The notes under the pieces were generated by a model. It was not told the origin of the DNA, ran no database searches, and worked only from the letters and a program-made list of their open reading frames with translations. Shown in pieces: positions 25,553-37,094 of a stretch of DNA of 64,000 nucleotides. This stretch comes from Armatimonadota bacterium (GTDB lineage: Bacteria > Armatimonadota > Zipacnadia > Zipacnadales > JABUFB01). Every line of letters starts with the position of its first letter. The stretch's first letter is position 1. The stretch is taken from the NCBI GenBank assembly GCA_013314775.1, contig JABUFB010000008.1:725036-789035 (forward strand). Reading direction: 5' to 3'. Made by a program: the position numbers and the translations under genes.

Positions 25553-26466
25553 GGCCGTCCTACCTCGAAGCCATCGAGCAAGGGACCTTCGGGGGGAAGC
25601 TGGCAGATCTGAGAGCGCTGCTGTCGCCCTGTCGTCTCTGCCCGCGAGAGTGCGGCGTGGATCGACTGTCTGGGGAAGCCGGGTTCTGCGGCGGATTGGA
25701 CCGGGCCGTTGTGTCGGGGGCAGGCCCGCATTTCGGGGAAGAGCGACCGCTTGTTGGGTCCGGAGGGTCCGGCACGATCTTCCTGGCCGGCTGCAATCTT
25801 GGCTGCGTGTTCTGCCAGAATTACGATATCAGCCACCTGCGCCAGGGCAGGCCGTTGACCTGCGCCGCGCTGGCACAGGTGATGATCGACCTGCAGGCCC
25901 AGGGCTGCCACAATATTAACTTCGTGACACCCACTCACTTCGCGCCCCAACTGGTGGAAGCAGTGGGAGTAGCGGCCAGGCAGGGGCTTCGCCTGCCGCT
26001 GGTGTGGAACTGCGGCGGGTATGAGAGCGTCAAGGCCCTGCGGCTCCTGGACGGCATCGTGGATATCTACATGCCCGATGCGAAGTACTGGGACGCCGCG
26101 GTGGGGCAAGAGCTCTCGGGCGTTCCTGACTATCCGCAGCGCATGCAGGAAGCTATCACCGAAATGCACCGGCAGGTGGGCGACCTGGCCCTTGATCGCA
26201 GGGGTATCGCAACGCGCGGTCTGCTCGTGCGCCATCTCGTGTTGCCTGAGAACCTGGCTGGAACCGCCGGGATAGCGGGGTTCCTTGCGTCACTGAGCAG
26301 GGACACATACGTCAACATCATGGCCCAGTACCGCCCGTGTCACCGGGCTTCGGACTTCCCGCGGATCGCCCGCCGCATCACTGCCAAAGAGTTCCAACAG
26401 GCCCTGACGGACGCCTCGGTCGCGGGCCTGCGCCGGTTCGACGATCGGCCGACGAATCTGGCCTAG
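25549..26466 (+). CDS. Radical SAM protein, PflX-like (pyruvate formate-lyase-activase homolog of unknown substrate).
   Basis: It has the CRLCPREC cluster (CxxxCxxC) near the N-terminus and a second Cys cluster (AGCNLGCVFCQN). Its ATG overlaps the surE stop (ATGA at 25549-25552). Confidence 0.7.
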   Translation: MRPSYLEAIEQGTFGGKLADLRALLSPCRLCPRECGVDRLSGEAGFCGGLDRAVVSGAGPHFGEERPLVGSGGSGTIFLAGCNLGCVFCQNYDISHLRQGRPLTCAALAQVMIDLQAQGCHNINFVTPTHFAPQLVEAVGVAARQGLRLPLVWNCGGYESVKALRLLDGIVDIYMPDAKYWDAAVGQELSGVPDYPQRMQEAITEMHRQVGDLALDRRGIATRGLLVRHLVLPENLAGTAGIAGFLASLSRDTYVNIMAQYRPCHRASDFPRIARRITAKEFQQALTDASVAGLRRFDDRPTNLA

Positions 26467-26521
26467 CCACACGCGCAGCGCATACCACATGAAATCTGTC
26501 CGCTTTCGGGAGGCGAGTTGG

Positions 26522-27052
26522 ATGTCGGATTTCCTGGACGAGGCCAAGAACATAGCCGCCAGCCTTTGGCGCAAGAGCCGTGAGAGCGTGGACAGTCTCG
26601 CAGCAACTATCGACCAGCGGTCTGAAGCGAGCAAGATCAGCGGAAAGATGCGGAACCTCAACCGCGAACGCGAGGACCTGGTGACGGAGATGGGCAAGAA
26701 GGTGTACGCGCTCTATCGCCGGGGCAAGGTGGAGAACCTGGACCTGCTCGCGGCCTGTAAGCGCATCGACGAGATAGGTAAGGAACTCGAAGCAGCCCGA
26801 GAGGCCCTGGAGAAGTTGCGCAACGAAGCCAAGCCTGATCTGGATGTGCCTGAGGTCACCGATGACACCCCGGCCACCGTGGAACCCGCAGCCGAACCGG
26901 TCAAGGAACCGGAGCCGCCGGTGTGTGCGGAGCCTGTGGTCGCGGCGCAGGAGCCGGCGCCCGAACCCATTGTAGAGACTGCCCCGGAACCAGTCGCGCC
27001 TGCCGAGGCGCCTGCTGATGCCGCACCCGAGGAACCGCAGGACACGATCTGA
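26522..27052 (+). CDS. Hypothetical coiled-coil protein with an acidic Pro/Glu/Ala-rich low-complexity tail.
   Basis: A strong RBS (GGGAGG) lies 8 nt before the ATG at 26522. The first roughly 100 aa have heptad-like character. The C-terminus is the PEP/A-rich TDDTPATVEPAAEPVKEPEPP...APEE. Confidence 0.45.
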   Translation: MSDFLDEAKNIAASLWRKSRESVDSLAATIDQRSEASKISGKMRNLNREREDLVTEMGKKVYALYRRGKVENLDLLAACKRIDEIGKELEAAREALEKLRNEAKPDLDVPEVTDDTPATVEPAAEPVKEPEPPVCAEPVVAAQEPAPEPIVETAPEPVAPAEAPADAAPEEPQDTI

Positions 27053-27078
27053 AGCACACGCATAGAAGGGGACAGACC

Positions 27079-28716
<1,638 letters not shown>

Positions 28717-28835
28717 GGGATTCGCCATAAGAACGTAACGCGCAGACTGCGAGGGACAGGGCGTGCCGCCCGTCCTCTTGCCTGACGACCCCGATACTGA
28801 GCCGGACCCATCACGCGTATCATCGGTGATTCACT

Positions 28836-31211
28836 TTGTCGTTACTGGACGAACTCAATCCTCAGCAGCGTCAGGCTGCCGAGGCAGTCGAAGGACCTGT
28901 TCTCATCATCGCCGGCGCCGGCAGCGGAAAGACCCGGGCGCTGACATACCGCATCGCCCACATGGTCCATGACCTCAAGATCCCGCCGGAAGCGATTCTC
29001 GCAGTCACTTTCACCAACAAGGCCGCGGGCGAGATGAAGGAGCGCATCCACAAGCTCACCGGCGATGCCGGCAAGGGTTTGTGGGTGGGTACATTCCATT
29101 CCATCTGCGCCCGTATCCTGCGCGCCCACGGGTCGGCCATCGGCATCCCCGACAATTACGTGATCTACGATGAGTCCGACCAGCGCTCCCTGATCCGCCA
29201 GGCGCTGTCAGTGCTGGACATCGACAGCAAGCAGTACAAGCCGGCGGAAATCCACTGGGCGATCAGTGCGGCGAAGAACGAACTCATCGGGCCCCAGGAA
29301 TACCGGCGTTCCAGCCGCGGACCTTTCGATCAGGTGGTGCGCCAGGTCTATCCACGCTACCAGCAGTCGCTGCGGGCCAACAATGCGCTGGATTTCGACG
29401 ACCTGCTCATGCGCACCGTGCAGCTTCTGCGTGAAAGTCCTGAGACTCTCAAGGTGTACCACGACCGCATCCGGTACATCCTGGTGGACGAGTTCCAGGA
29501 CATCAACCATGCTCAGAACGAGTTCATCAGGCTCATGGGGCAAGCCAGTCGGAACGTCTGCGTGGTGGGCGACGATGACCAGAGCATATACGGTTGGCGC
29601 GGGGCGAACATCGGGCTGATCCTGGACTTCGAGAGCCAGTACCCGGAGGCGCAGATTATTAAACTGGAGCAGAATTACCGGTCTACCCAGAAAATCCTGG
29701 AGTGCGCCTACGAAGTCATCCGACACAATGTTGATCGGCGCGAGAAGAAACTCTGGACCCAGAACCGTCCCGGGGAGAATGTGGTGCAGTATGAGGCCGT
29801 GGATGCCGAACAAGAGGCGGACTGGGTAGCGCAGACCATCCAGGCTCAGGTCAACTGCAGAATGACCAGCTTTGGCGACTACGCTATCCTGTACCGCGCC
29901 AATGCCATGTCCCGGGTGTTCGAAGAGGCCATGATGCGCCGGCGAATACCCTACGAGGTCGTGGGAGGCATCCGCTTCTATGAGCGCGCGGTAATCAAGG
30001 ATTTCATTGCATACCTGCGGGTAATCTTCAACCCTGCGGACGGCGTGTCCTTGAGCCGGATCATCAACGTCCCCGCCCGGGGCATCGGGGACAAGACCCT
30101 CTCCCACATCGACCGCATCGCCGCGGCCAACGGTATGAGCCTGTATGACGCGGTGCGGGTGGTCGCCTCCGACGAGAACCTGCGGCAGCGCGCAAGGGAC
30201 GCAGTCGCGGATTTCTACGATCTCATGGAGAGGCTGCGGCAGGTAGCCGCGGAGCAGTCTCTCACCGTGCTCTGCCGCAGTGTGGCCGAGATGTCCGGCT
30301 ACCTGCATGCTTTGGAAAGCAGCGAGACGGCGGAGGATCAGACCAAGGCCGAAGACCTGCGCGAATTCGTCTCCCTTGCTGAGCGGTTTGAGCGTGACCG
30401 CCCCGATGCCGACCTTGGCAGCTTTCTGGAGCACATCTCGCTCCTGTCAGACCTGGACGAGGCGCAGGAGATCGGTAGCAAAGTATCGCTCATGACCCTC
30501 CACGCTTCAAAAGGGCTGGAGTTTCCGGTGGTGTTCATGGTGGGCATGGAGGAGGGCATTTTTCCTCACCAGCGCAGTCTCGGAGAGGAGCACGAACTCG
30601 CGGAAGAACGCCGGCTCTGTTACGTTGGGATGACCCGGGCCCAGAGCCTGCTGTACCTCACCCATGCGTACAATCGTGTCATCTACGGGCAGCCCCAGCT
30701 CATGCGGCCCTCGCGGTTCCTGGCCGACCTGCCCGACCAACTGGTAGACCGGCAGGTCACCCTCGCCAACCTGGTGTCCAGTTCGGTCCTCGGGGATGAT
30801 GACGACGGCGAAGAACAGGAGGTCGGTGGGCGGAAGATCGATATGACCGAGCTCCTGTCCCGCGCCCGGGCGAACATGGAGAAAGCGCGAGATCGGCAGC
30901 GACAGGAGGCCGCGGCGCAGGCCGAAGGGACGCCTCGACGGCCGAAAAGCAGTCGAGAGGAGCGGCGCCGGGAACGCGAAGCGAAGGCGGCGCCAGAGAG
31001 CAAACGAGAACGCGGCGCGGGGACCGCGCCGGCTGCGGACGCATCCGGCATCGAGTACAAGTCCGGTGACCGCGTGCGTCACAGGACATTCGGCGAGGGG
31101 TTGGTGGTGCAGGTCAGGGGAAGCGGTGTGGACATGGAGCTTGTGGTGGCATTCGCCGGCAAGGGTGTGAAGACGCTACTGGCGGAGGTTGCGCCCATCG
31201 AGAAGGTGTAG
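28836..31211 (+). CDS. pcrA: ATP-dependent DNA helicase PcrA/UvrD (SF1) with a charged linker and a C-terminal Tudor-like domain.
   Basis: The Walker A is AGAGSGKT, and TFTNKAAGEM, VDEFQD and a YRS.Q motif are present. The tail has a KRE-rich stretch followed by GDRVRHRTFGEGLVV. The start is TTG. Confidence 0.9.
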   Translation: MSLLDELNPQQRQAAEAVEGPVLIIAGAGSGKTRALTYRIAHMVHDLKIPPEAILAVTFTNKAAGEMKERIHKLTGDAGKGLWVGTFHSICARILRAHGSAIGIPDNYVIYDESDQRSLIRQALSVLDIDSKQYKPAEIHWAISAAKNELIGPQEYRRSSRGPFDQVVRQVYPRYQQSLRANNALDFDDLLMRTVQLLRESPETLKVYHDRIRYILVDEFQDINHAQNEFIRLMGQASRNVCVVGDDDQSIYGWRGANIGLILDFESQYPEAQIIKLEQNYRSTQKILECAYEVIRHNVDRREKKLWTQNRPGENVVQYEAVDAEQEADWVAQTIQAQVNCRMTSFGDYAILYRANAMSRVFEEAMMRRRIPYEVVGGIRFYERAVIKDFIAYLRVIFNPADGVSLSRIINVPARGIGDKTLSHIDRIAAANGMSLYDAVRVVASDENLRQRARDAVADFYDLMERLRQVAAEQSLTVLCRSVAEMSGYLHALESSETAEDQTKAEDLREFVSLAERFERDRPDADLGSFLEHISLLSDLDEAQEIGSKVSLMTLHASKGLEFPVVFMVGMEEGIFPHQRSLGEEHELAEERRLCYVGMTRAQSLLYLTHAYNRVIYGQPQLMRPSRFLADLPDQLVDRQVTLANLVSSSVLGDDDDGEEQEVGGRKIDMTELLSRARANMEKARDRQRQEAAAQAEGTPRRPKSSREERRREREAKAAPESKRERGAGTAPAADASGIEYKSGDRVRHRTFGEGLVVQVRGSGVDMELVVAFAGKGVKTLLAEVAPIEKV

Positions 31212-31265
31212 CCGCGGGTCACGTGGAATTGTGCGGCAGCTCGTGCCTGCTGCCTCAAGACCCTC

Positions 31266-33275
31266 ATGCTTGCCGCACTGATTCTGGAGATTCGGAGCCC
31301 CACCGCGTTGAAAATACTCGCCGCGACCTCGCCTCCTGTTTCCAACGATCCCGGGGCAAGGGGCGTCACTCCCCGGGCTGTGATCCTTGCCTGCATACTG
31401 CTGCCGGCGAACGCCTACTGGATCACCCAGATGGCCGTGGTGCGGTACGAGGGCCACCCAACCACGGTTTCGCTGTTCTTCAACGCCGTCTTCATACTCT
31501 TCTCGCTGGTGCTGATCAACTCCGGCATCCGTCGACTCTTCCCGCGCCGTGCGCTGCACCGCAATGAACTGCTAGTGATCTACTGCATGGTCTGCGTGGC
31601 CTCGGCGCTTTGTGGGCACGACCTGATCCAAGTGGTCACTCCGCAGATTGTGATGCCCTTCTGGCTGGCAAGCCCGGAGAATAAGTGGGAAGACCTCTTC
31701 TTCCAGTACCTGCCGCAGCACCTGACCATCAGCGACCCGGATATTTACGAGCCTGCATTCGAGGGCGGCACGACGCTGTATACCATGGAGCGCATAAAGG
31801 CCTGGGCCGTGCCGGTCGCGAACTGGGGTCTGTTTCTCATCGTCCTGAGCACCATGATGCTGGCGATGAACTCTCTGCTTCGCAAGCGTTGGATGGACCG
31901 GGAAAAGCTGACCTACCCCATCACCCACATGCCCCTGGAGCTGACCCAGCCGGGCGTCCCCCTCTTGCGCAACAAGTTCATGTGGATGGGATTCGCAGTC
32001 GCCGCGGCGATCACGCTCATCAACGGCTTTCACGAACTGTGGCCCGCGATCCCGCTCATCAAAGTGCGCGTGGTCCACTATGATGCGTACATGTCCACGC
32101 TGTTCCGGACGTATCCGTGGAACGCCCTCGGCGGGACGCGTATCTCCTTCTACCCCTTCGCGGTAGGCCTGGGCCTCCTGCTTCCCCTGGACCTGGCGTT
32201 TTCATGCTGGTTCTTCTATCTCTTCTGGAAGGGGCAGCGGCTTGTCTCCGCGATGCTCGGGTTGAGCCAGATCCCACGTTTCCCGTACGCCGATCAGCAG
32301 GCTTCGGCGGCATATATCGGACTGGCAGTTTTTGCGCTGTGGATGGCCAGGGGACACATCAAGGATATCTGGCTGGGTCTGGTGGGCCGATCGCCAATCA
32401 ACGACAAGGGTGAGCCGATGGGCTACCCCCTGGCGATGTGGGTGTTGGGGGGCGGCGCGGCGTTTCTTGCGCTTTTCGCGGCGCGCATGGGCATGTGGAT
32501 GTGGGTCGCAACACTGCTCTTTGGCATCTACTTCCTGATCTCTCTGACGGTGGCACGCGTTCGGGCTGAACTTGGCCCGCCTGCCCATGATTTGCACAAT
32601 GGCGGCCCGGACCTCATCCTCACGAACCTGTTCGGCACAAGCACGGCTGTCTTCGACGCCCGCCAGTTGACTGTGCTCGAAATGTGCTACTGGTTCAACC
32701 GAGCCTACCGCGCACACCCCATGCCGATCCAGCTTGAGTCCTTCAAGATCGCGCAGACGTCGGGAATCCCCCAGTCCGCGATGGCGCTGGCCCTTACCAT
32801 CGCCACGGTTATCGGCGTGTTTGCCGCTTTCTGGGCACAGGTCCACAACTACTACAGCTATGGGATGGCGGCGAAAATGAGTTTTGTCGCCCAGACTTTC
32901 GGGCGCGAGCCATTCCAGCGTCTTGCAGGCTGGCTACAGGCGCCATACGGCACTCGCTGGCCCGAAATCGGCGCCTACGCAGTGGGATTCGTCTTCTCAC
33001 TGCTTCTCATGTTTCTGCGCGTGAACTTCATCTGGTGGCCCTTCCACCCTGTCGGCTATGCAATCTCGGGCAGTTGGTCGATGAACTGCCTGTGGCTCCC
33101 CATTTTCATCGCCTGGCTCATCAAGTTAGTCATGCTGCGCTACGGCGGGTTCAAGATGTTCCAGTCGGCGATTCCCGCCGCCCTGGGACTGGTCCTGGGC
33201 GAGTTCATTCTCGGAAGCCTGTGGACCCTGATTGGGATCATTTTCCAGATACGCACGTACGCATTCTGGGTGTGA
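31266..33275 (+). CDS. Large polytopic inner-membrane protein of unknown function (at least 12 predicted TM helices).
   Basis: Hydrophobic segments are separated by short loops, and the protein is Trp/Phe-rich. No recognizable transporter signature was seen. Confidence 0.55.
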   Translation: MLAALILEIRSPTALKILAATSPPVSNDPGARGVTPRAVILACILLPANAYWITQMAVVRYEGHPTTVSLFFNAVFILFSLVLINSGIRRLFPRRALHRNELLVIYCMVCVASALCGHDLIQVVTPQIVMPFWLASPENKWEDLFFQYLPQHLTISDPDIYEPAFEGGTTLYTMERIKAWAVPVANWGLFLIVLSTMMLAMNSLLRKRWMDREKLTYPITHMPLELTQPGVPLLRNKFMWMGFAVAAAITLINGFHELWPAIPLIKVRVVHYDAYMSTLFRTYPWNALGGTRISFYPFAVGLGLLLPLDLAFSCWFFYLFWKGQRLVSAMLGLSQIPRFPYADQQASAAYIGLAVFALWMARGHIKDIWLGLVGRSPINDKGEPMGYPLAMWVLGGGAAFLALFAARMGMWMWVATLLFGIYFLISLTVARVRAELGPPAHDLHNGGPDLILTNLFGTSTAVFDARQLTVLEMCYWFNRAYRAHPMPIQLESFKIAQTSGIPQSAMALALTIATVIGVFAAFWAQVHNYYSYGMAAKMSFVAQTFGREPFQRLAGWLQAPYGTRWPEIGAYAVGFVFSLLLMFLRVNFIWWPFHPVGYAISGSWSMNCLWLPIFIAWLIKLVMLRYGGFKMFQSAIPAALGLVLGEFILGSLWTLIGIIFQIRTYAFWV

Positions 33276-33312
33276 TTGCGAGCTATCGCCTTTGCACACG
33301 AAGTTGAGAGCC

Positions 33313-34692
33313 ATGCATCGACTCGCCACAACACGGCCGCTGCCGGTGCTAATCGCCATTTTCGCGTGCGCGCTAAGCAGCCGCCTCGCCGCGCAGATCA
33401 CCGGCGTCACCGCGCAGGGGGCGGATCTCGTGACGCCTCCCCACTCCACGAACGACGTAGTGCTCGTCTATGGTCTTGGCTTCCCCTTCCAGGTTGCGCC
33501 CGACAGGGCGGCGGTTTTCTGCAATGTCCGTGTCGAGGGCATAAACGTCACGGACTACGAGAACGGGACAGATGTCATCGTCTTCAACGACCTCGAGGCG
33601 ATTAGCGCCGACGACGCGGTCGCGATCTCTCGCAACGAGCGCGAGACCGGCGCTGATGGCGAAAAGCGTCTTGTGGTGAAGTTCCCGATCATCGGCGGGT
33701 TCGTCCCGCAAGGGGCGCTCCGTGAGGACGGCACCCCTCACCCTCACGCAGGCAGCGGCTTCGGGCTCTGCCAGGCCATCTCTTTCCCCGTGGACGAGAA
33801 CGGTCACTTCAGCTGGAGTACGAAGTACATCCACCGTAGTGAGGTTCACCAGTTCACATACGGCGGCGAGGGCTTCCGGTCAGTGCGTTCATCATCAGGG
33901 CTGGAGCAGACGCACCCGACGGTGGGTGTCTGGCGGATCGTGGCGCCCGGGATCACAAACGCCATCCCGGACGGCGATGATCTGCTCCTGGCAGTCAGCG
34001 CCACCGACGGGTCCGGACAAGTGACCGGTGTATCGCGCTGGGCTCGCAGTCAATCCCGGTGGCGACCCGTCGCTTTCTCGCCCGTAACTCCGCCCGGTGA
34101 GGGTTGGGCCGAACCGAGCCTTGTCCGCGACAAGGACGGTGCCCTGCTCTTCACCACCAGGGGCTCGGGTGGCGAGCGGTACGGCCAAGTTCAGGTGTGG
34201 CGTAAGAACGGCGAGGGTCCACAATGGCGCCTGGTGGTGAGCACCCCTGACGTCCGCGTCTGGCACAAGCAGGACGATGGCCTGGAATGGGGCACGGTGA
34301 TCAAGCTGGCGGGCGCACACAACTCCGGTCCGATCTCCATCGGATCCGCAGCGGACGGCACTCCGTATATCGCTGCTAACCTGTCCGGCAGTGGACGTGA
34401 GACACTGTGCATCTGGCCCCTGAACGCCGAACGCATGGACCTCGAGAAACCACTTACGGTGCGGGCCGCCCGAGATGAGTTCGGTCCGGCTCCCGGTGGA
34501 GGGGCCTGGATGGTCGATCATCCCTCCGGTGCGGTGCTGCGACTGGCGGACGGCCGGTGGCACGGCGTCCTTGCCTACCGCGTGCTGGGGGACGCCGAGC
34601 ACAAAGGCGCCCTCCCCACGGCTAAGACCGGCTGCTATCTCGAGGAAATAGCTTCCTCCGGGCCCCCTCTGCCGCCCTGGCGGTTCGAATGA
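33313..34692 (+). CDS. Secreted hypothetical protein, possibly a BNR/sialidase-like beta-propeller.
   Basis: The signal peptide is MHRLATTRPLPVLIAIFACALSSRLAAQ. The sequence is beta-rich with several S-x-D-x-G-x-W-like turns (TDGSGQ, RDKDGAL). Confidence 0.4.
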   Translation: MHRLATTRPLPVLIAIFACALSSRLAAQITGVTAQGADLVTPPHSTNDVVLVYGLGFPFQVAPDRAAVFCNVRVEGINVTDYENGTDVIVFNDLEAISADDAVAISRNERETGADGEKRLVVKFPIIGGFVPQGALREDGTPHPHAGSGFGLCQAISFPVDENGHFSWSTKYIHRSEVHQFTYGGEGFRSVRSSSGLEQTHPTVGVWRIVAPGITNAIPDGDDLLLAVSATDGSGQVTGVSRWARSQSRWRPVAFSPVTPPGEGWAEPSLVRDKDGALLFTTRGSGGERYGQVQVWRKNGEGPQWRLVVSTPDVRVWHKQDDGLEWGTVIKLAGAHNSGPISIGSAADGTPYIAANLSGSGRETLCIWPLNAERMDLEKPLTVRAARDEFGPAPGGGAWMVDHPSGAVLRLADGRWHGVLAYRVLGDAEHKGALPTAKTGCYLEEIASSGPPLPPWRFE

Positions 34693-34811
34693 TACCCCTC
34701 CGATGCATGTTATGGCCATCGACTCCGGTGAACTACCTATTGACACCGAACGTCATCTACTATATCTTATAGTAGATACTACACAGCTCAGTCGGCAAGG
34801 AGGGTCCCCCG

Positions 34812-35423
34812 ATGACATACAGGCCCCGGAACGGCGGAAATATCAGTTCGCCCGGTATCGCGCTCCTGGTCCTTGGCGCCTGCGTGTTCGTCCCCGTGTT
34901 GTTCAGCGGATGCTCGAGCGATGACGAGACCACCTTCGTAGACTGCGAACCGCGATACCACAACCTGACTATCATCCTCCAGGTGCATGATCTGGCTGGC
35001 GACGCCCTGGGGGAGGTTACGGTCTGGGTCGATGGCGTCGCGCAGAACGCCCGGACAAGCTGGCAATTCGTCTCTCTCGGCAACCAGTATCCGCCGGAAT
35101 GGCGTGGGTTCCTGGCGAACTGGATCTTCTCGGGCTTCACCGTGGCCACCTACCGCGCCGATGACCTGGAGACAGTGACGGTGGTTGTGACCAAGCCAGG
35201 CTACCAGCCGCAGGGTACGGTGTTTTACGTGGCTGACGATCTGCCAAGCCAGGTCTACGCCCGGGAGACTTTCACGATGCTGCCCACGGCTTTCCCGGCG
35301 GGTGCCGAAGGTACGGATGAGATAAAGCCCATCATGAAAGACGAGCCCGGCGAGGTCATTGGCTGGGAAAAGCCTGCAACCACGGGAGCGACCAATTCGA
35401 TGTTCAAGATCGCGGGGCTATAG
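34812..35423 (+). CDS. Hypothetical lipoprotein.
   Basis: An RBS (AAGGAGGG) precedes the ATG. The lipobox LFSGC follows a hydrophobic signal peptide. Confidence 0.5.
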   Translation: MTYRPRNGGNISSPGIALLVLGACVFVPVLFSGCSSDDETTFVDCEPRYHNLTIILQVHDLAGDALGEVTVWVDGVAQNARTSWQFVSLGNQYPPEWRGFLANWIFSGFTVATYRADDLETVTVVVTKPGYQPQGTVFYVADDLPSQVYARETFTMLPTAFPAGAEGTDEIKPIMKDEPGEVIGWEKPATTGATNSMFKIAGL

Positions 35424-35527
35424 CCGCTCACGCTCGGTTGACGGGCGCGATCAGGTGACGAAAAGCAGACGCCGCGGATTGCAGACCAGTCCGCGGCGTC
35501 TTTGGTGTTTCATTGGGCAATGTATCG

Positions 35528-36124
35528 TCAGCGTTGGGCAAGAATGGCCTTGAAATCCCGCCGGAAGGCCTGCAACGCCTTCCCTCGATGACTTACCTGG
35601 CTTTTCTCCGCGCGGCTCAGCCGGGCGAAAGTGCACCCCGCCGGCGGGTAGATGAACACGGGGTCGAAGCCGAACCCGTTGTCGCCCTCGGGCGCATCGG
35701 AGATGAACCCTTCCACAGTCTCCTGCCACGTGCCCAGAATCCCCTCGGGAGACGCGAGCGCAATGCAGCAGACGAACCGCGCCTGGCGATCCTCGGGCGC
35801 GACCCCCTCAAGGCGCTGGAGCAACCACGCGATGCGTTCGGGATCAGTCTCCGCAACGCGCGCCGACTTCACGCCGGGTTCGCCATTGAGCGCATCCACC
35901 TCCAGGCCACTGTCATCGGCGACGGCCCAGTGCCCGGTGGCTGCGGCGATGACCAGAGCCTTTTCACAGGCATTCGCGCAGAAGGTATCGTGAGGCTCTT
36001 CTACTTCCGGCGCGTCCGGAAAGTCCGCGAGCGAGACCACCTCCACGGCCAGCCCATCCAACAGTTCCGCGATTTCCCGAAACTTGCCCTGATTCCGGGT
36101 GGCGACCACGAGCCGCTCCAGCAT
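35528..36124 (-). CDS. rdgB: dITP/XTP pyrophosphatase (Ham1/RdgB family).
   Basis: LVVATRNQGKFREI, FGFDPVF and the SHRGKA motif are present. The start is set at MLERL (36124), 1 nt after the AKR stop. Confidence 0.85.
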   Translation of the reverse strand: MLERLVVATRNQGKFREIAELLDGLAVEVVSLADFPDAPEVEEPHDTFCANACEKALVIAAATGHWAVADDSGLEVDALNGEPGVKSARVAETDPERIAWLLQRLEGVAPEDRQARFVCCIALASPEGILGTWQETVEGFISDAPEGDNGFGFDPVFIYPPAGCTFARLSRAEKSQVSHRGKALQAFRRDFKAILAQR

Positions 36125-36125
36125 G

Positions 36126-37094
36126 CTATCCGGCCCCGTGCCTTTCGATGATTTCGTCGATCTGAGCCAGCTGCTCGGGAGTGAGGGTCCAACCGGATGC
36201 CGCCGCTGTCTCTTGAATCTGGGCGGGTCGCTTGGCACCAGCGAGGGCACAGGTCAGGCCGGGCTGGGCGAGAACCCAGGCCAGCGCGAGCTGAGCCGCG
36301 GTGCGTCCCTGAGCCTCCGCCATCGCAGCCAGTTCCCGCACAGCTGCCACGTTTCTCGCGAGGCGCTCGCCCTTGAACATAGGGGAACTTGAGCGGGCAT
36401 CAGACTCCGGGAAGGTCGCATTCTCGTCATACTTTCCGGTGAGCAATCCGCGCGCCATGGGACTGTACGCCAGCACGCCGATGTTGTGCTCGCGGCAGAA
36501 TGGGAGTATTTCCGCCTCGATGTCCCGGGTGAGCATGCTGTAGGGCGGCTGGAGGGAGTGCAGTGGGCAGACTTCCATGAACTCGGACATCTGCTCCACG
36601 CTGTAGTTGGAGACACCGACAGCCCTGATCTTCCCGCTGTCCAGGCAGGCCTTCATCGCGGCGGCGGTGTCCTTGATCGGCACGTCAGGGTCGGGCCAGT
36701 GAACCTGGAACAGGTCGATGTAATCTGTCTCCAGGCGGTCGAGACTGTCCTCAAGACTGCTCGCAATGTACTCGGGCGAACTGTTGCGGGTGATGTTCTG
36801 GTCTGCGTCCCACTGCAGTCCGGTCTTCGTGGCGATGATGACCTGGTCTCGAGGCAAGCCGGCGATGCCCTGCGCGAGGACCCGTTCCGAATGCCCGCAG
36901 CCGTAGGCCTGAGCGGTGTCGTAGAAATTGATCCCCAGCGAGAAGGCCAGCTTGACGGCGGCAACGGATTCCTCGTCGACGACGTCGTCACCCCAGAAAG
37001 CATGGCCCATCGCCCAACAGCCGTACCCCACTGTTGAGATGTTCAGATCACTTGCGCCCAGCTTGCGATACTCCAACCTGGAGCCCTCCTTCAT
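36126..37094 (-). CDS. Aldo/keto reductase.
   Basis: It has LGINFYDTAQAYG and the AKR catalytic Tyr/Lys pattern. The product is about 320 aa. Confidence 0.85.
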   Translation of the reverse strand: MKEGSRLEYRKLGASDLNISTVGYGCWAMGHAFWGDDVVDEESVAAVKLAFSLGINFYDTAQAYGCGHSERVLAQGIAGLPRDQVIIATKTGLQWDADQNITRNSSPEYIASSLEDSLDRLETDYIDLFQVHWPDPDVPIKDTAAAMKACLDSGKIRAVGVSNYSVEQMSEFMEVCPLHSLQPPYSMLTRDIEAEILPFCREHNIGVLAYSPMARGLLTGKYDENATFPESDARSSSPMFKGERLARNVAAVRELAAMAEAQGRTAAQLALAWVLAQPGLTCALAGAKRPAQIQETAAASGWTLTPEQLAQIDEIIERHGAG

